Below, in pieces: positions 28,687 to 38,777 of a stretch of DNA of 64,000 nt (its first letter is position 1; every line of letters begins with the position of its first letter). Both the position numbers and the translations under genes were made by a program. A model generated the notes under the pieces. It saw only the letters and a program-made list of their open reading frames with translations. It searched no databases and had not been told where the DNA came from. The stretch comes from Opitutus sp. GAS368 (GTDB taxonomy: Bacteria; Verrucomicrobiota; Verrucomicrobiia; Opitutales; Opitutaceae), in contig CAMDOD010000002.1 of the NCBI GenBank assembly GCA_945903415.1, positions 474 to 64,473 of the forward strand, given 5' to 3'.

Positions 28687-29658
28687 ATGCAAGACTTCAT
28701 CCAGGCGCTGCCCAAGACGGAAACGCATCTGCATGTCGAGGGCGCGTTGCCGTATGAGTTGTTGACGGCTTGGCAGCCCGAACGCTGGTCGGCCCACCCG
28801 CCGTTTCGGGCGCGGGAGTATCGGTACGCCTCGTTTCCCGAGTTCGAGCGCATTCTCCTCGATCATGCGCTGCCGTTCTTCACCTCGGCGGAACGCTACC
28901 ATGAGGCGGCGAAAGCGATCTTTGCCCGCCACGTGGCGCAGAATGTCCGCTATGTGGAGACCAGTTTCCACCTGCCGGTGACGAAGTTCATCCAAGTGCC
29001 CGGGCCGGAGATTATCGCTGCGATAAGGGCAGCGGTACCCGCCGGCCTTGAGGTGAGAATTTTCTGCGGGATGCTCCGCTCGGATCTTGGGGGAGATCTG
29101 CGGCCGACCATCGATCGGCTTCATACTTGGGACGGTCTCGCTGGCACGGACCTGCATGGCTTCGAACAGATGCCGACGCATCCTGATACGGCGGCGGTGT
29201 GGGCCCGCCTGCGCGCGGCGGGGAAGATCACCAAGTGCCACGCCGGGGAGTTCGATGGTCCAGGTCGAGTCCGCGAGGCGATCGAGGTGCTCGGCGTGAA
29301 ACGCATCCAGCATGGCATCCGGGCGATTGAGGATCCCGCCGTGGTCCGGCTGGCGGCCGAGCGCGGCGTGACTTTCGACGTCTGCCCGATCAGCAACGTG
29401 GGCTTGCAGGTGGTGCCGTCGCTGCGTGCCCACCCGCTGCGCGCGCTCCTCGCGGCGGGAATCCGCTGCACGGTGAGCACCGACGATCCGCTCTGCTTCG
29501 CGAACTCGATTAACGGGGAATACGCGGCGCTCGCCGCGGAGTTGAATTTCTCCCGCCGCGAGTTGGCGGCTGTCGCCCGAAATGGCTGGGAGGTGGCGGA
29601 CGTTTCCCCCTCCGCGCGTCAGGCAATGTTGGGCGCCATCGATCGGCTGGCGGTATAG
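28687..29658 (+). CDS. add: Adenosine/adenine deaminase family metallohydrolase
   Basis: [14 protein letters not shown] (HxH metal site), HAGE, and TVSTDDPL (C-terminal Asp-Asp). Confidence 0.8.
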   Translation: MQDFIQALPKTETHLHVEGALPYELLTAWQPERWSAHPPFRAREYRYASFPEFERILLDHALPFFTSAERYHEAAKAIFARHVAQNVRYVETSFHLPVTKFIQVPGPEIIAAIRAAVPAGLEVRIFCGMLRSDLGGDLRPTIDRLHTWDGLAGTDLHGFEQMPTHPDTAAVWARLRAAGKITKCHAGEFDGPGRVREAIEVLGVKRIQHGIRAIEDPAVVRLAAERGVTFDVCPISNVGLQVVPSLRAHPLRALLAAGIRCTVSTDDPLCFANSINGEYAALAAELNFSRRELAAVARNGWEVADVSPSARQAMLGAIDRLAV

Positions 29659-29765
29659 CACGTCGCTGCGGGTGCCACGCGGAGGTCGATTCGGAGCTGA
29701 TGGTTGCCCTCGCGTCCAGTTGCGGCAACCGTCCTACCCGGTCGTGCGTACCAAAATCTTTCCTT

Positions 29766-30668
29766 ATGCCACTTCATCTTGGTCGAGTTGTTTTGCGGTT
29801 CCTGCTGGCGGCTATCGCCCTCCCGTCGGGGCTGGCCGCCCAGCCGGGTCGACCCGGGGCCGCCCCCGGCGGGCCCTGGGAATGGCGGACTGAGTTTTCG
29901 GGTGCGGGCACGGCCGATATCGCGGAGGGAACCCGCGCCCTCGGTTCGATCCGTCACACCCTGACCGCCGCCGAACTGACCCGCCGCATGACCATCAACG
30001 CCGCCTCGTCGCTCTCGATCGGCGGCGCCTGGCGGAGTTTCGATTTCGCCGGAAGCACAGCCGATGTCCCCGGACAACTGCAGTCCATCGCGCTCCGGGT
30101 GGGCTATGAACGCCAGCTTTCGGCGAAGTGGTCGTTGGGCATCGACGCGACCCCCGGGTTCTACAGTGACTTCGAGGACCTGGATTCGTCGGACGTGAAT
30201 GTGCCCTTCGGCTTCCGCCTGATGTCGGCGAACAGCCGCGATTTCCAATGGGGAATCGCACTGATGGTCGATCCGTGGCGTCCAAGTCCGATCATTGGCG
30301 GTCCGGGAGTCCGCTGGCAGTTTGCGCCCGGTTGGACCTTCGTCGGATTCCCACCCGAGCCGCGGGTGGAATATGCGCTCACCCCGACTTTCTCGCTGCA
30401 TGCCGGCATGAGCCTCCGCAGCGGCACGTTTCGAGTCGCGCAGGACTTTGGCCGCCGCCGCGGCCGGCCATTGTTGGACAATCAACGGGTTGATTTTCGC
30501 GAGATCACCGTCGGCGTCGGTGGTCGCTGGCAAATTCTCCCAGGTCTGACCGCGCAGGCCACCGTCGGTTGGATGACCGACCGTCGTTTCGAGTATGAAG
30601 AGCGAAAGCTCCTGCTGAATGGCGACGGGGCCGCGAGCTTCGTGATTTCGCTGCGCGGCGGATTCTAG
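29766..30668 (+). CDS. Hypothetical outer-membrane beta-barrel protein
   Basis: Signal peptide MPLHLGRVVLRFLLAAIALPSGLAAQ. Alternating hydrophobic pattern and terminal ...SLRGGF, with the C-terminal Phe typical of OMPs. No family recognised. Confidence 0.5.
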   Translation: MPLHLGRVVLRFLLAAIALPSGLAAQPGRPGAAPGGPWEWRTEFSGAGTADIAEGTRALGSIRHTLTAAELTRRMTINAASSLSIGGAWRSFDFAGSTADVPGQLQSIALRVGYERQLSAKWSLGIDATPGFYSDFEDLDSSDVNVPFGFRLMSANSRDFQWGIALMVDPWRPSPIIGGPGVRWQFAPGWTFVGFPPEPRVEYALTPTFSLHAGMSLRSGTFRVAQDFGRRRGRPLLDNQRVDFREITVGVGGRWQILPGLTAQATVGWMTDRRFEYEERKLLLNGDGAASFVISLRGGF

Positions 30669-30725
30669 GTTGATGGCTGTGCAGGCAGTGGAGCGCCCTG
30701 GCGGGATTGCGCTTCCTTGTGGCCG

Positions 30726-30792
30726 CGAGCGTGAGCGAGTGGCAAAGCGCGAAGCACGGAGCGAATGCTGCGCTGCCACTCGCTCACGCTCG
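30726..30792. repeat. Long GC-rich hairpin (19-bp perfect stem) upstream of the K+ channel gene
   Basis: cgagcgtgagcgagtggca (30726-30744) and tgccactcgctcacgctcg (30774-30792) are exact reverse complements with a 29-nt loop. The stem extends imperfectly outward. It shares the agcgagtgg core with REP family 2. Confidence 0.75.
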
Positions 30793-30947
30793 CAGCCACG
30801 GAAACACAGGCCATCCGCCTCATGCCGGCGGTGGACCGCGCCGGGTTGGTCGGGCGGCTCGCCGGCCCGGCTGCCTCGATGCTTGCGGTCCAGTCGGTGC
30901 AGGGCACGGTTGCGGTTCATGCGAAAATGGTCCGCGGTCCGCGCCTC

Positions 30948-31832
30948 ATGAAGGAGAATCCCACCGATCCGTCCCTTCCGGTGCCCCCGGCTTCCTCCCG
31001 GCCTGCCGCGATCGAGCGTCCGTCGGCCGGCGCGTCGGATTGGCGGCAGCAACTTCACACGGTCGTTTTCGAAGCGGACACCCCGGCGGGCCGGCGCTTC
31101 GATTCTATTCTCCTGGTCGTGATCGTGTTCAGCGTGATCGCCGTTTCGCTCGAGAGTATTCACGCCGTCCGGGATCGCTTTGGCGGCCTCCTGCGGGCGG
31201 TCGAGTGGGGGATTACCGCCCTGTTCACATTCGAGTACCTGCTCCGTCTCATCGCGGTGCGCCGGCCCTGGCGCTATGCCCTCAGCTTTTACGGACTCGT
31301 CGATCTCCTCGCGATTCTGCCCACCTACCTGAGCCTCTTCATTGCCGGCGCGCAGTCACTTCAGGTTGTGCGGGCGTTGCGGCTGCTGCGGGTGTTCCGG
31401 ATCTTCAAACTCACCCATTTCGTCGGCGAAGCGGCCTTGCTGCAGGCGGCGCTGAAGGCGAGCGCCCGGAAGATCACGATTTTTCTCGGAGCCGTGATCA
31501 CGGTCGTGCTGATTTTTGGCGCGCTCATGTATCTCGTCGAAGGCGAGGCCTCCGGCTTCACCAGCATCCCCACGTCCATCTACTGGGCCATCGTCACCAT
31601 GACGACCGTCGGCTATGGCGACATCGCCCCGCAAAGCCCCCTCGGTCGAATCATTGCCTCGCTGCTGATGATTGCCGGTTATGGCATCCTCGCCGTGCCG
31701 ACGGGCATTGTGACCATCGAGCTGGCCGAGGCGCAGCGGAAGTCGCGCAACACCCAGGCTTGTCCCGCCTGTGGCCGTGGCGACCACGCCGACGACGCCA
31801 GCTACTGCAAGTATTGCGGCGAGAAGCTCTGA
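30948..31832 (+). CDS. Voltage-gated (6-TM) potassium channel with a C-terminal zinc-ribbon
   Basis: S4 segment LQVVRALRLLRVFRIFKL (Arg every third residue). Selectivity filter TMTTVGYGD. C-terminal CPACG-x15-CKYCG. The start is ambiguous (ATG 30948 or 30927). Confidence 0.9.
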   Translation: MKENPTDPSLPVPPASSRPAAIERPSAGASDWRQQLHTVVFEADTPAGRRFDSILLVVIVFSVIAVSLESIHAVRDRFGGLLRAVEWGITALFTFEYLLRLIAVRRPWRYALSFYGLVDLLAILPTYLSLFIAGAQSLQVVRALRLLRVFRIFKLTHFVGEAALLQAALKASARKITIFLGAVITVVLIFGALMYLVEGEASGFTSIPTSIYWAIVTMTTVGYGDIAPQSPLGRIIASLLMIAGYGILAVPTGIVTIELAEAQRKSRNTQACPACGRGDHADDASYCKYCGEKL

Positions 31833-31843
31833 GTCGGCGAAGG

Positions 31844-31866
31844 GCCGGCAGGTGCCGGCGGTTTTC
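31844..31866 (+). terminator. Possible intrinsic terminator after the K+ channel gene
   Basis: Short stem ccggc/gccgg (loop aggt) followed by cggtttt. Weak. Confidence 0.35.
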
Positions 31867-31908
31867 CTGTCGCGTCGCCCGGGTATCGGCGGCAAGTAAA
31901 GGACGACC

Positions 31909-32931
31909 ATGGCTGAGATCTACACCGTTCCCGAGGGCATCCCCCGGCTTCGCGCCGACAAGGCGCTGGCCCTGGCCTTCCCGGATCACAGCCGGACCGC
32001 CCTGCAGCGCACCTTCGATCTCGGACTCGTGATCCGGGCGGGCAAGTCGCTTAAGCGCGACGATTACGTCTTCGGCGGGGATGTGATCGAGTTCTCCTTT
32101 CCGGAAACCACGCCGACCGACATGACGCCCGCGGACATTCCGTTGGATGTGTTGTTCGAGGATCGGCACATGCTGGCGGTCAACAAACCGTCGGGGATGG
32201 TCGTGCATCCCGGTGCGGCCACCGGTGAGGACACGCTGGTCCATGCGCTGCTGTCGCACTGCGCGGGCAGCCTAAGCGGCATCGGCGGGGTCGAGCGCCC
32301 TGGCATCGTGCACCGGCTGGACAAGGAAACGACGGGCGTAATCGTGGTGGCCAAGTCCGACAAGGCGCATCGCGCGCTGGCCGATCAGTTTGCGACCCGC
32401 ACCCTGAAGAAGGAGTACCTTGCCCTGGTCGCGGGGGTTCCTCCGCTGCTCAGCGGGACGATCGACAAAGCCATCGCGCGGCATCCAACGCATCGCCACC
32501 GCATGACGGTCGCCGAAGGCGGCAAGGTGGCCCGCACGGATTGGGAACGGGTCGAGGCGTTCGGCAAGGTTGCCGCGCTGATGCGGCTGCAGATTTTAAC
32601 GGGCCGGACGCACCAGATTCGCGTGCACCTGAAGTCGCTTGGCTTCCCGGTGCTCGGCGATCCCCTTTATGGCTGGAAGGAAGATCCGCGGCTGAAGGTG
32701 CAGCCCCCGCGAGTGATGCTGCACGCCGAGCACCTCGTGCTGAAGCATCCGATCAGCGGCAAGGTGCTCGATTTGCGCGCGCCGCTGCCGGACGATTTCG
32801 AGGCCCAGATTGCCCAATTGCGGAAGGTCGCGAAAGCCGCGACCAAGGCAGCCGACCGAATCGCCGCGCCCTCGAAGGCGCGACGCAAGCCAGTGCCCCC
32901 GCCGTTTCACGAGCACGAGCCGCGCGACTAG
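31909..32931 (+). CDS. rluD: RluA-family 23S rRNA pseudouridine synthase (RluD-like)
   Basis: S4-like N-terminus, then FEDRHMLAVNKPSGMVVHPG and the catalytic HRLDKETTGVIVVAK. Basic C-terminal tail. Confidence 0.85.
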   Translation: MAEIYTVPEGIPRLRADKALALAFPDHSRTALQRTFDLGLVIRAGKSLKRDDYVFGGDVIEFSFPETTPTDMTPADIPLDVLFEDRHMLAVNKPSGMVVHPGAATGEDTLVHALLSHCAGSLSGIGGVERPGIVHRLDKETTGVIVVAKSDKAHRALADQFATRTLKKEYLALVAGVPPLLSGTIDKAIARHPTHRHRMTVAEGGKVARTDWERVEAFGKVAALMRLQILTGRTHQIRVHLKSLGFPVLGDPLYGWKEDPRLKVQPPRVMLHAEHLVLKHPISGKVLDLRAPLPDDFEAQIAQLRKVAKAATKAADRIAAPSKARRKPVPPPFHEHEPRD

Positions 32932-32971
32932 GCTGGTGTAGTGGCTCGCATCGCCGCCGGGACTTTGGGTG

Positions 32972-33029
32972 GCAACGAGCGCCCGCGAGTTGATGAATGG
33001 TGGGTCAACTCGCGGGCGCTCGTTGCTAC
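32972..33029. terminator. Perfect 22-bp palindrome between convergent rluD and ppx; GTAG-anchored REP-like bidirectional terminator candidate
   Basis: gcaacgagcgcccgcgagttga (32972-32993) and tcaactcgcgggcgctcgttgc (33005-33026) are exact reverse complements with an 11-nt loop. It is followed by tac, so the minus strand reads GTAG plus the palindrome. Confidence 0.6.
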
Positions 33030-33047
33030 TCGAATGACGACCTTCGT

Positions 33048-33983
33048 TTAACCGAGAACTTCGGCGGCGAGGCCGTGGCGCAGGTTGCAGAGGGAGTTGT
33101 GGAAACTCGCCAGTCCTCCGGCCTCGGCCACTGTCACCAGGGTCAGCACCGCGATGGGAAAGACGTCAGCCCGGCCGGGGGGCAGGCCGGGAATGCGGCG
33201 CCGTTCATCGAGCGTGAGCGGCGCGAGAAGGTCGAAAAGCCCGCGCAGCTGCGGCGTGGAGATCACGGGAACCGAAGTATCGAACGCCTGGCCCGCCCGC
33301 GCCCCGAGAATGGCGCGGGCCGTGGTTACGGTTCCGCCCGTGCCGACGGCCGAGGCCCCCCCGGGCAGGGAAAAGGCGAACCCGGCGTTCTTGAGCGTTC
33401 CTCGAATGAACTCCTGAATCCTGGGCACGACCGCGACGGGGAACGGAGCCGCGGGATCGGGCACGAACTGTTCCGTCAATCGCACACAGCCGAGTTGCAG
33501 CGAAACGGCTTGCTCCGTCCGGCGTCCGCGAAATGCGAGGCACTCGAGGCTGCCGCCACCGAGATCGAACACGTAAAATTCTTTCCAATTCGTGAGCGCC
33601 GGATCTGCGGTCAGGCCGCGGCCGATGAGATTCGCCTCTTCTTCGCCGGACAGGATCCGCAGCGGGTGCCCCGTGGCGTTCTTAACCCGGCGCGCGAGTT
33701 CCGACCCATTCCCGGCATCCCGGACAGCGCTGGTGGCAACGAGCACGTGGCGGTCGCAGTGCAAGGCCTCGGCTTCACGCAACAGCGCCTGGATCGCCTC
33801 GATGGCGGCTTCCATGCCGGCCTCGCCGAGCACCGGGTGGGCGCGACTGATCCCGGCGCCGATTCGCGCGTCGATGGTGCGCAGCTTCAGCGCTTGGACG
33901 TCACCGCCGGGGGTCCGCGTGGCGACGAGCAACTTGATCGAGTTGCTGCCGAGATCGATGATGGCGACGGGGGGGGAGGCCAC
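33048..33983 (-). CDS. ppx: Ppx/GppA-family phosphatase (311 aa)
   Basis: VAIIDLGSNSIKLLV and ATSAVRDAGNG are the ASKHA-fold Ppx/GppA motifs. GTG start at 33983, 2 nt after the rsmI stop. Confidence 0.8.
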   Translation of the reverse strand: MASPPVAIIDLGSNSIKLLVATRTPGGDVQALKLRTIDARIGAGISRAHPVLGEAGMEAAIEAIQALLREAEALHCDRHVLVATSAVRDAGNGSELARRVKNATGHPLRILSGEEEANLIGRGLTADPALTNWKEFYVFDLGGGSLECLAFRGRRTEQAVSLQLGCVRLTEQFVPDPAAPFPVAVVPRIQEFIRGTLKNAGFAFSLPGGASAVGTGGTVTTARAILGARAGQAFDTSVPVISTPQLRGLFDLLAPLTLDERRRIPGLPPGRADVFPIAVLTLVTVAEAGGLASFHNSLCNLRHGLAAEVLG

Positions 33984-33985
33984 GG

Positions 33986-34711
33986 TCAGAGGACGAAATC
34001 CCTGGGCGCAATGAGCAGGACGAACTCGCCCTTGAGCGACGCCTTGGCGAGCCGGGCCTGAACCTCGGCGGCGCGGCCGACGAAAAAGGCCTCGTGGAGC
34101 TTCGTGACTTCCTTCGCCACGCAAATCACGCGATCGTCCCCGAGAGTCGCGACGACGTCCGTGATGGCCTTGTCGATCCGATGGCAGCTTTCGTAGAGCG
34201 CGAGGGTGTAATCGAAATCCCGATATTGGCTGAAGAAGCCGGTCCGGGCCGCGGTCTTCGCGGGCAGGAACCCGACGAAAAGGAATCCGTTCGTCGGCAG
34301 ACCGCTCGCACTGAGGACGGCGATCAGGGCGCTGGGTCCCGGCACGGGCACGACCGGCAGGCCGCGCCGGCGGCATTCGCGGACGATGCGAAAACCGGGG
34401 TCGCTCAGCCCCGGCGTGCCGGCATCGCTGACCACGGCCACGGACTTGCCGGCTGCGATTTGATCGGCGAGTTGGACCGCGGCGACGGTTTCGTTGTGCT
34501 CGTGATAGGCGACGAGTGGCCGATGCAGACCGAAACGCGTGAGCATCGCACCGGTGGTTCGGGTGTCCTCGCAGGCAATCAGGTCAACGGCACCAAGAAT
34601 GGCGCGGGCGCGCTCGGTCAAGTCAGCGAGGTTCCCGATGGGCGTCGCCACGACATAGAGATGCCCGGGCTGTGGCGTGAGAGAGGAATTGATGGGGGGC
34701 GCGTCGGGCAT
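33986..34711 (-). CDS. rsmI: 16S rRNA (cytidine1402-2'-O)-methyltransferase
   Basis: LYVVATPIGNLADLTERA...IACEDTR...SDAGTPGLSDPG are canonical RsmI blocks. Start taken at ATG 34711. Confidence 0.9.
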   Translation of the reverse strand: MPDAPPINSSLTPQPGHLYVVATPIGNLADLTERARAILGAVDLIACEDTRTTGAMLTRFGLHRPLVAYHEHNETVAAVQLADQIAAGKSVAVVSDAGTPGLSDPGFRIVRECRRRGLPVVPVPGPSALIAVLSASGLPTNGFLFVGFLPAKTAARTGFFSQYRDFDYTLALYESCHRIDKAITDVVATLGDDRVICVAKEVTKLHEAFFVGRAAEVQARLAKASLKGEFVLLIAPRDFVL

Positions 34712-34767
34712 GAGGGCGGGCGTCCGGCCCGCGCGACCACATTGCGGGCCGCAGCGTGGCGGCCCAA

Positions 34768-34793
34768 CAAAAAATCCGGCCCGAGGCCGGATT
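34768..34793 (-). terminator. Intrinsic terminator downstream of the small lipoprotein gene
   Basis: The minus strand reads aaatccggcc-tcg-ggccggattt followed by tttg. Stem of 8-10 bp. Confidence 0.55.
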
Positions 34794-34827
34794 TGGAAGA
34801 GAGCCCAGAGTGGGCAAGGCGGGCGAA

Positions 34828-34992
34828 TCAGCGCCCCATCGACTGACCCATGCCGGGGATCTGGCCTTCCCAGGAGGCCGGAGCGCTCCATGGAATGGCG
34901 GACTTCTTCGGGCCGTTGGTCGAGCAAGCGCCCAATAAAGCGCCAAGCGACGTGAGGAGAACGACGAGGACGGTTTTCTTGAGCGAGGTCAT
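34828..34992 (-). CDS. Small lipoprotein (54 aa), hypothetical
   Basis: MTSLKKTVLVVLLTSLGALLGAC has a lipobox LLGAC. It is followed by a terminator. Start taken at ATG 34992. Confidence 0.5.
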   Translation of the reverse strand: MTSLKKTVLVVLLTSLGALLGACSTNGPKKSAIPWSAPASWEGQIPGMGQSMGR

Positions 34993-35129
34993 GGTGGACT
35001 GATTAATACAGCCGAAACGGGGTTCTGCAAGATCGGGCTGGGGATTGCAGAGGGGGAGACCGGGAATCTCGAGCGGGGAAGGCAAACGCGCAGCGAGACT
35101 GCGCGCCTGCGACGAGCCAGTTTCTTTCA

Positions 35130-36719
35130 TCAGCCCTGGGCCGCGAGCCGGTACTGGGCCTCGAACCACGGCTGCCGCAGCCGCTTCCGCACGCCGCTGC
35201 TCTGGTTGGCGGCGAGGTGCTCGAGTATTTTGAAGACGAGTTCCGTCTGCGCCGGCGAGCCGATCGCGCGGGCCAGTTTCTCGGCGGTGAACGAAGTGCC
35301 GGCCTTGGCGGTGAGGGCCTCAATAATCTGGCGCTTCAGGGCAATCACCCCGGTGGCGGCCTTCTTGCCCGCCTCGACGCCGGGCTGATGGTACGCGTTG
35401 ATGCCGACCAGCGAGGCATAGAGTCCCACCGCGCGTTCATAGAGCGCGATCAGCATGCCGAGGGTGCGCGGCGACACATCCGGCACTGTGAGCGTGATCG
35501 AGTGGCGATGCTTCTCGGTCAGCGCCTCGCGGGTGCCGAGCAGGAAGCCCTGCAGGTAGTCGCCGCTGGTGACACCGGGATCAACCTCAAGCGAGGTCTT
35601 CGCCTCGCGGTCCTTCAGCACCTCGATGAAGGTCACGAAGAAATTGTTCACGCCTTCGCGGAGCTGCTGCACGTAGGCATGCTGATCGGTCGAGCCCTTG
35701 TTGCCGTACACCGAGAGACCCTGGTTCACCACGCGGCCAGTGAGATCGAATTCCTTGCCGATCGACTCCATCACGAGTTGTTGCAGGTAACGGGAGAAAA
35801 GCAGCAGCCGGTCCTTGTAGGGCAGGACGACCATGTCCTTGGCCCCGCGGCCGTCGCTGGCGAAATGCCACATCAACGCCATCAGCGCGGCGGGGTTCTG
35901 CGCCGTCACCGGGTAACGCGTGACATTGTCCATCGCCGCGGCGCCATCGAGGAGCGGCTGGATCGCGATGCCCTGAAGCGCGGCGGGCAGCAGGCCGACG
36001 GCGCTGAGCTCACTCGTCCGGCCGCCCACCCAATCCCACATGGGGAACCGGGCGAGCCAGCCCCCGGCCGTGGCGACCTGATCGAGTTTTGAACCCTCGC
36101 CGGTCACGGCGACAAAATGCTTCCGATGGTCGAGCTTCTCAGCTTGGAACCCGGCGATCGCCTCGAGCATGCCGTTGCGCGTTTCCGCGGTCCCGCCGGA
36201 TTTCGAAATCACGAGCACCAGGGTCTTCGCGAGTTGGCGGCGGAGGCCGGCGAGCGCGTAGTCCATGCCGTCGGGATCGGTGTTGTCGAAGAAGGTCACG
36301 GTCAGGCGGTCCTTCCGCGGCTGGCCCAGCGCGTGGCTCACCAGTTGCGGCCCGAGAGCGGAGCCGCCGATGCCGATCACGAGGAGGTGTTTGAACTTCC
36401 CTTTCGGTCCCGCGATTGCACCCGAATGGACCTTCGCGGTGAACTCCTTGATTGCCGCCAGCGTCGAGGTGATCTGCGCGGCAATGTCCGGATTGGGCGC
36501 GAGGTGCGGGGCCCGCAACCAGTAGTGACCAACCATCCGTTTCTCGTCGGGATTGGCGATGGCGCCGCCTTCCAGCCGGATCATATCGGCGAATGCGGTC
36601 TGCATCGCAGGTTCCATCGACGACAGGTAGTCGTCGGAAAACGGCACCCGGCTGATATCCAACGCCACCCCGAGGTCGGCGTTGGGATAGTAGTGGGTCT
36701 TGAAGCGGGACCAGGTCAT
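35130..36719 (-). CDS. pgi: Glucose-6-phosphate isomerase
   Basis: 529 aa. [21 protein letters not shown] and [12 protein letters not shown] are PGI signature blocks. Start taken at ATG 36719. Confidence 0.85.
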   Translation of the reverse strand: MTWSRFKTHYYPNADLGVALDISRVPFSDDYLSSMEPAMQTAFADMIRLEGGAIANPDEKRMVGHYWLRAPHLAPNPDIAAQITSTLAAIKEFTAKVHSGAIAGPKGKFKHLLVIGIGGSALGPQLVSHALGQPRKDRLTVTFFDNTDPDGMDYALAGLRRQLAKTLVLVISKSGGTAETRNGMLEAIAGFQAEKLDHRKHFVAVTGEGSKLDQVATAGGWLARFPMWDWVGGRTSELSAVGLLPAALQGIAIQPLLDGAAAMDNVTRYPVTAQNPAALMALMWHFASDGRGAKDMVVLPYKDRLLLFSRYLQQLVMESIGKEFDLTGRVVNQGLSVYGNKGSTDQHAYVQQLREGVNNFFVTFIEVLKDREAKTSLEVDPGVTSGDYLQGFLLGTREALTEKHRHSITLTVPDVSPRTLGMLIALYERAVGLYASLVGINAYHQPGVEAGKKAATGVIALKRQIIEALTAKAGTSFTAEKLARAIGSPAQTELVFKILEHLAANQSSGVRKRLRQPWFEAQYRLAAQG

Positions 36720-36789
36720 CGGGGAAGGGGGCGAGGAAACATCATGACCGGGAACAGGCGGTCCCCGCGCGAAGCCCCGCCCTCCGTCT

Positions 36790-38493
36790 TCAGAACAGAT
36801 TTTTGTCCGTGACCGCACCCTCGGAGGCGCTGGTGACGAGCTTGGCGTACTTGGCGAGGACGCCGCGGGTTTCCTTGGCCTTCTTCGGCTTCCAAGCCTT
36901 GAGGCGGGCCTTGTACTCCTTGGCCGGGATATTGAGGGTGAGCTCGTTCTTCACCGCATCGATGGTGATTGAGTCGCCATTCTTGATGATGCCGATCGGA
37001 CCGCCGAGCGCCGCCTCGGGCGTAATGTGACCGACGACGAAACCGCGGCTGCCGCCGGAGAAACGGCCGTCGGTGATGAGCGCGACATCGGCGCCGAGTC
37101 CCTTGCCCATGATCGCACCGGTGGGCGAAAGCATCTCGCGCATGCCCGGGCCGCCGACGGGGCCTTCGTTGCGGATGACGACGACGTGACCGGCCTTCAC
37201 GCGGCCACTGAGGATGGCGGCCAGTGAGGCTTCCTCGGCCTCGAATACGATCGCCTTGCCGGTGAACTGGAGGCCTTCCTTGCCGGAGATTTTGGCAACG
37301 GCACCGATCGGAGCAAGGTTGCCGTAGAGGATGCGGAGATGGCTGTCCTTCTTGATTGGGTCGGAGAGCGGGCGCACGACGTCCTGATCCTTCGGATAGG
37401 GTTTCACGTCGCGGAGGTTCTCGGCGACGGTCTTCCCGGTGACGGTGATGCACTCGCCGTGGAGCAGGCCGGCATCGAGCAGCACTTTCATCAACGGGGG
37501 CAACCCGCCGATGCGGGTGAGATGAACCATGCCGTATTTGCCGGACGGCTTGAGGTCGGCGAGGACGGGCACGCGCTTGCCGATCTTGGTGAAGTCGTCG
37601 ATCGAGAGTTTCACGCCCGCGCTGTGGGCCATGGCGAGGAGGTGAAGCACGGCATTGGTCGAGCCACCGAGGGCGATCGTGACGGTGATCGCGTTCTCAA
37701 ACGCCTTCCGCGTCATGATATCGCGGGGCTTGATGTCGGCCTTGAGCAGGGCGATGGCAGCGGCGCCGGCCTGACGGCAATCTTCCTTCTTCTCCTTGCT
37801 AATCGCGATCTGGGCCGAGCTGTTCGGGAGGCTCATCCCCAGCGCCTCGATGGCGGAGGCCATCGTGTTCGCCGTGTACATGCCGCTGCAGGAGCCGGGT
37901 CCGGGAATCGCGCAGATTTCAATTTTTTCGAGTCCCTGGTCGTCGAGCTTGTGCGCGGCATGCTGCCCGACCGCTTCATAGACCGAGACGATGTCACATT
38001 CCTTCTTCGTATCCGGATGGAAGCCCGGGAGAATCGTGCCGCCGTAAACGAAGACGCCGGGCCGGTTCAGGCGCGCCAGCGCCATGATGCAACCGGGCAT
38101 GTTCTTGTCGCAGCCGCCGACCGTGACGACCGCGTCGAAACCCTCGGCCCCGGCGACGGTCTCGATCGAGTCGGCGATGACTTCACGCGACACGAGCGAG
38201 TAGCGCATGCCGGGCGTGCCCATGCTGATGCCGTCCGAGACCGTGATGGTGCCGAAGATCACGGCCTTGCCGCCCGCGGCGTTGGCGCCGGCCTCGGCGT
38301 CGCGCGAGAGCTGGTCGAGGTGCATGTTGCACGGGGTGACCATGCTCCACAGCGAAGCGATGCCGATGATCGGCTTCTTGAAGTCCTCTTCGGTAAAGCC
38401 GACTGGCCGGAGCATCGAGCGCGCGCCGGCGCGGCTCGGGCCGTCGTTAACGATGGAGGAATACTTGCGGAGGGAATCGGGGGCGGAGCTCAT
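36790..38493 (-). CDS. ilvD: Dihydroxy-acid dehydratase
   Basis: [42 protein letters not shown] and [10 protein letters not shown] are canonical IlvD blocks. Confidence 0.95.
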   Translation of the reverse strand: MSSAPDSLRKYSSIVNDGPSRAGARSMLRPVGFTEEDFKKPIIGIASLWSMVTPCNMHLDQLSRDAEAGANAAGGKAVIFGTITVSDGISMGTPGMRYSLVSREVIADSIETVAGAEGFDAVVTVGGCDKNMPGCIMALARLNRPGVFVYGGTILPGFHPDTKKECDIVSVYEAVGQHAAHKLDDQGLEKIEICAIPGPGSCSGMYTANTMASAIEALGMSLPNSSAQIAISKEKKEDCRQAGAAAIALLKADIKPRDIMTRKAFENAITVTIALGGSTNAVLHLLAMAHSAGVKLSIDDFTKIGKRVPVLADLKPSGKYGMVHLTRIGGLPPLMKVLLDAGLLHGECITVTGKTVAENLRDVKPYPKDQDVVRPLSDPIKKDSHLRILYGNLAPIGAVAKISGKEGLQFTGKAIVFEAEEASLAAILSGRVKAGHVVVIRNEGPVGGPGMREMLSPTGAIMGKGLGADVALITDGRFSGGSRGFVVGHITPEAALGGPIGIIKNGDSITIDAVKNELTLNIPAKEYKARLKAWKPKKAKETRGVLAKYAKLVTSASEGAVTDKNLF

Positions 38494-38777
38494 GATTAAA
38501 GTCGCCGGCAGAAGACCAGAGCGGCGAAACGCGGGCAAGCGCGTTCCGGGGCCGGCGCGTCATGTATTACGTGGATTCCGAAGTTAAACGTAAGGGAGTG
38601 GCCCGGTCCGTGAGGTCAGGGCCTTTTTGATCGCTTCGCCCAAGGCCGTCCCGCTGCTCACGCCGCGGGCGACAAAGCCAACTTCGGATTCCAAGTCTGA
38701 CGTGGCGCGGACGCGCGGGAGAAAATCCTATTGCATGCCGGTGAACCCGCCGCATCACTCCTCGCGATTCCACCTGC

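Noticed and set aside
38494-38777. Possible leader peptide or attenuator upstream of ilvD in the ilvD-scpB divergent region
   Set aside because: I found no Ile/Val/Leu-rich leader ORF and no convincing terminator/antiterminator pair. There is only a weak ggccc...gggcc hairpin.
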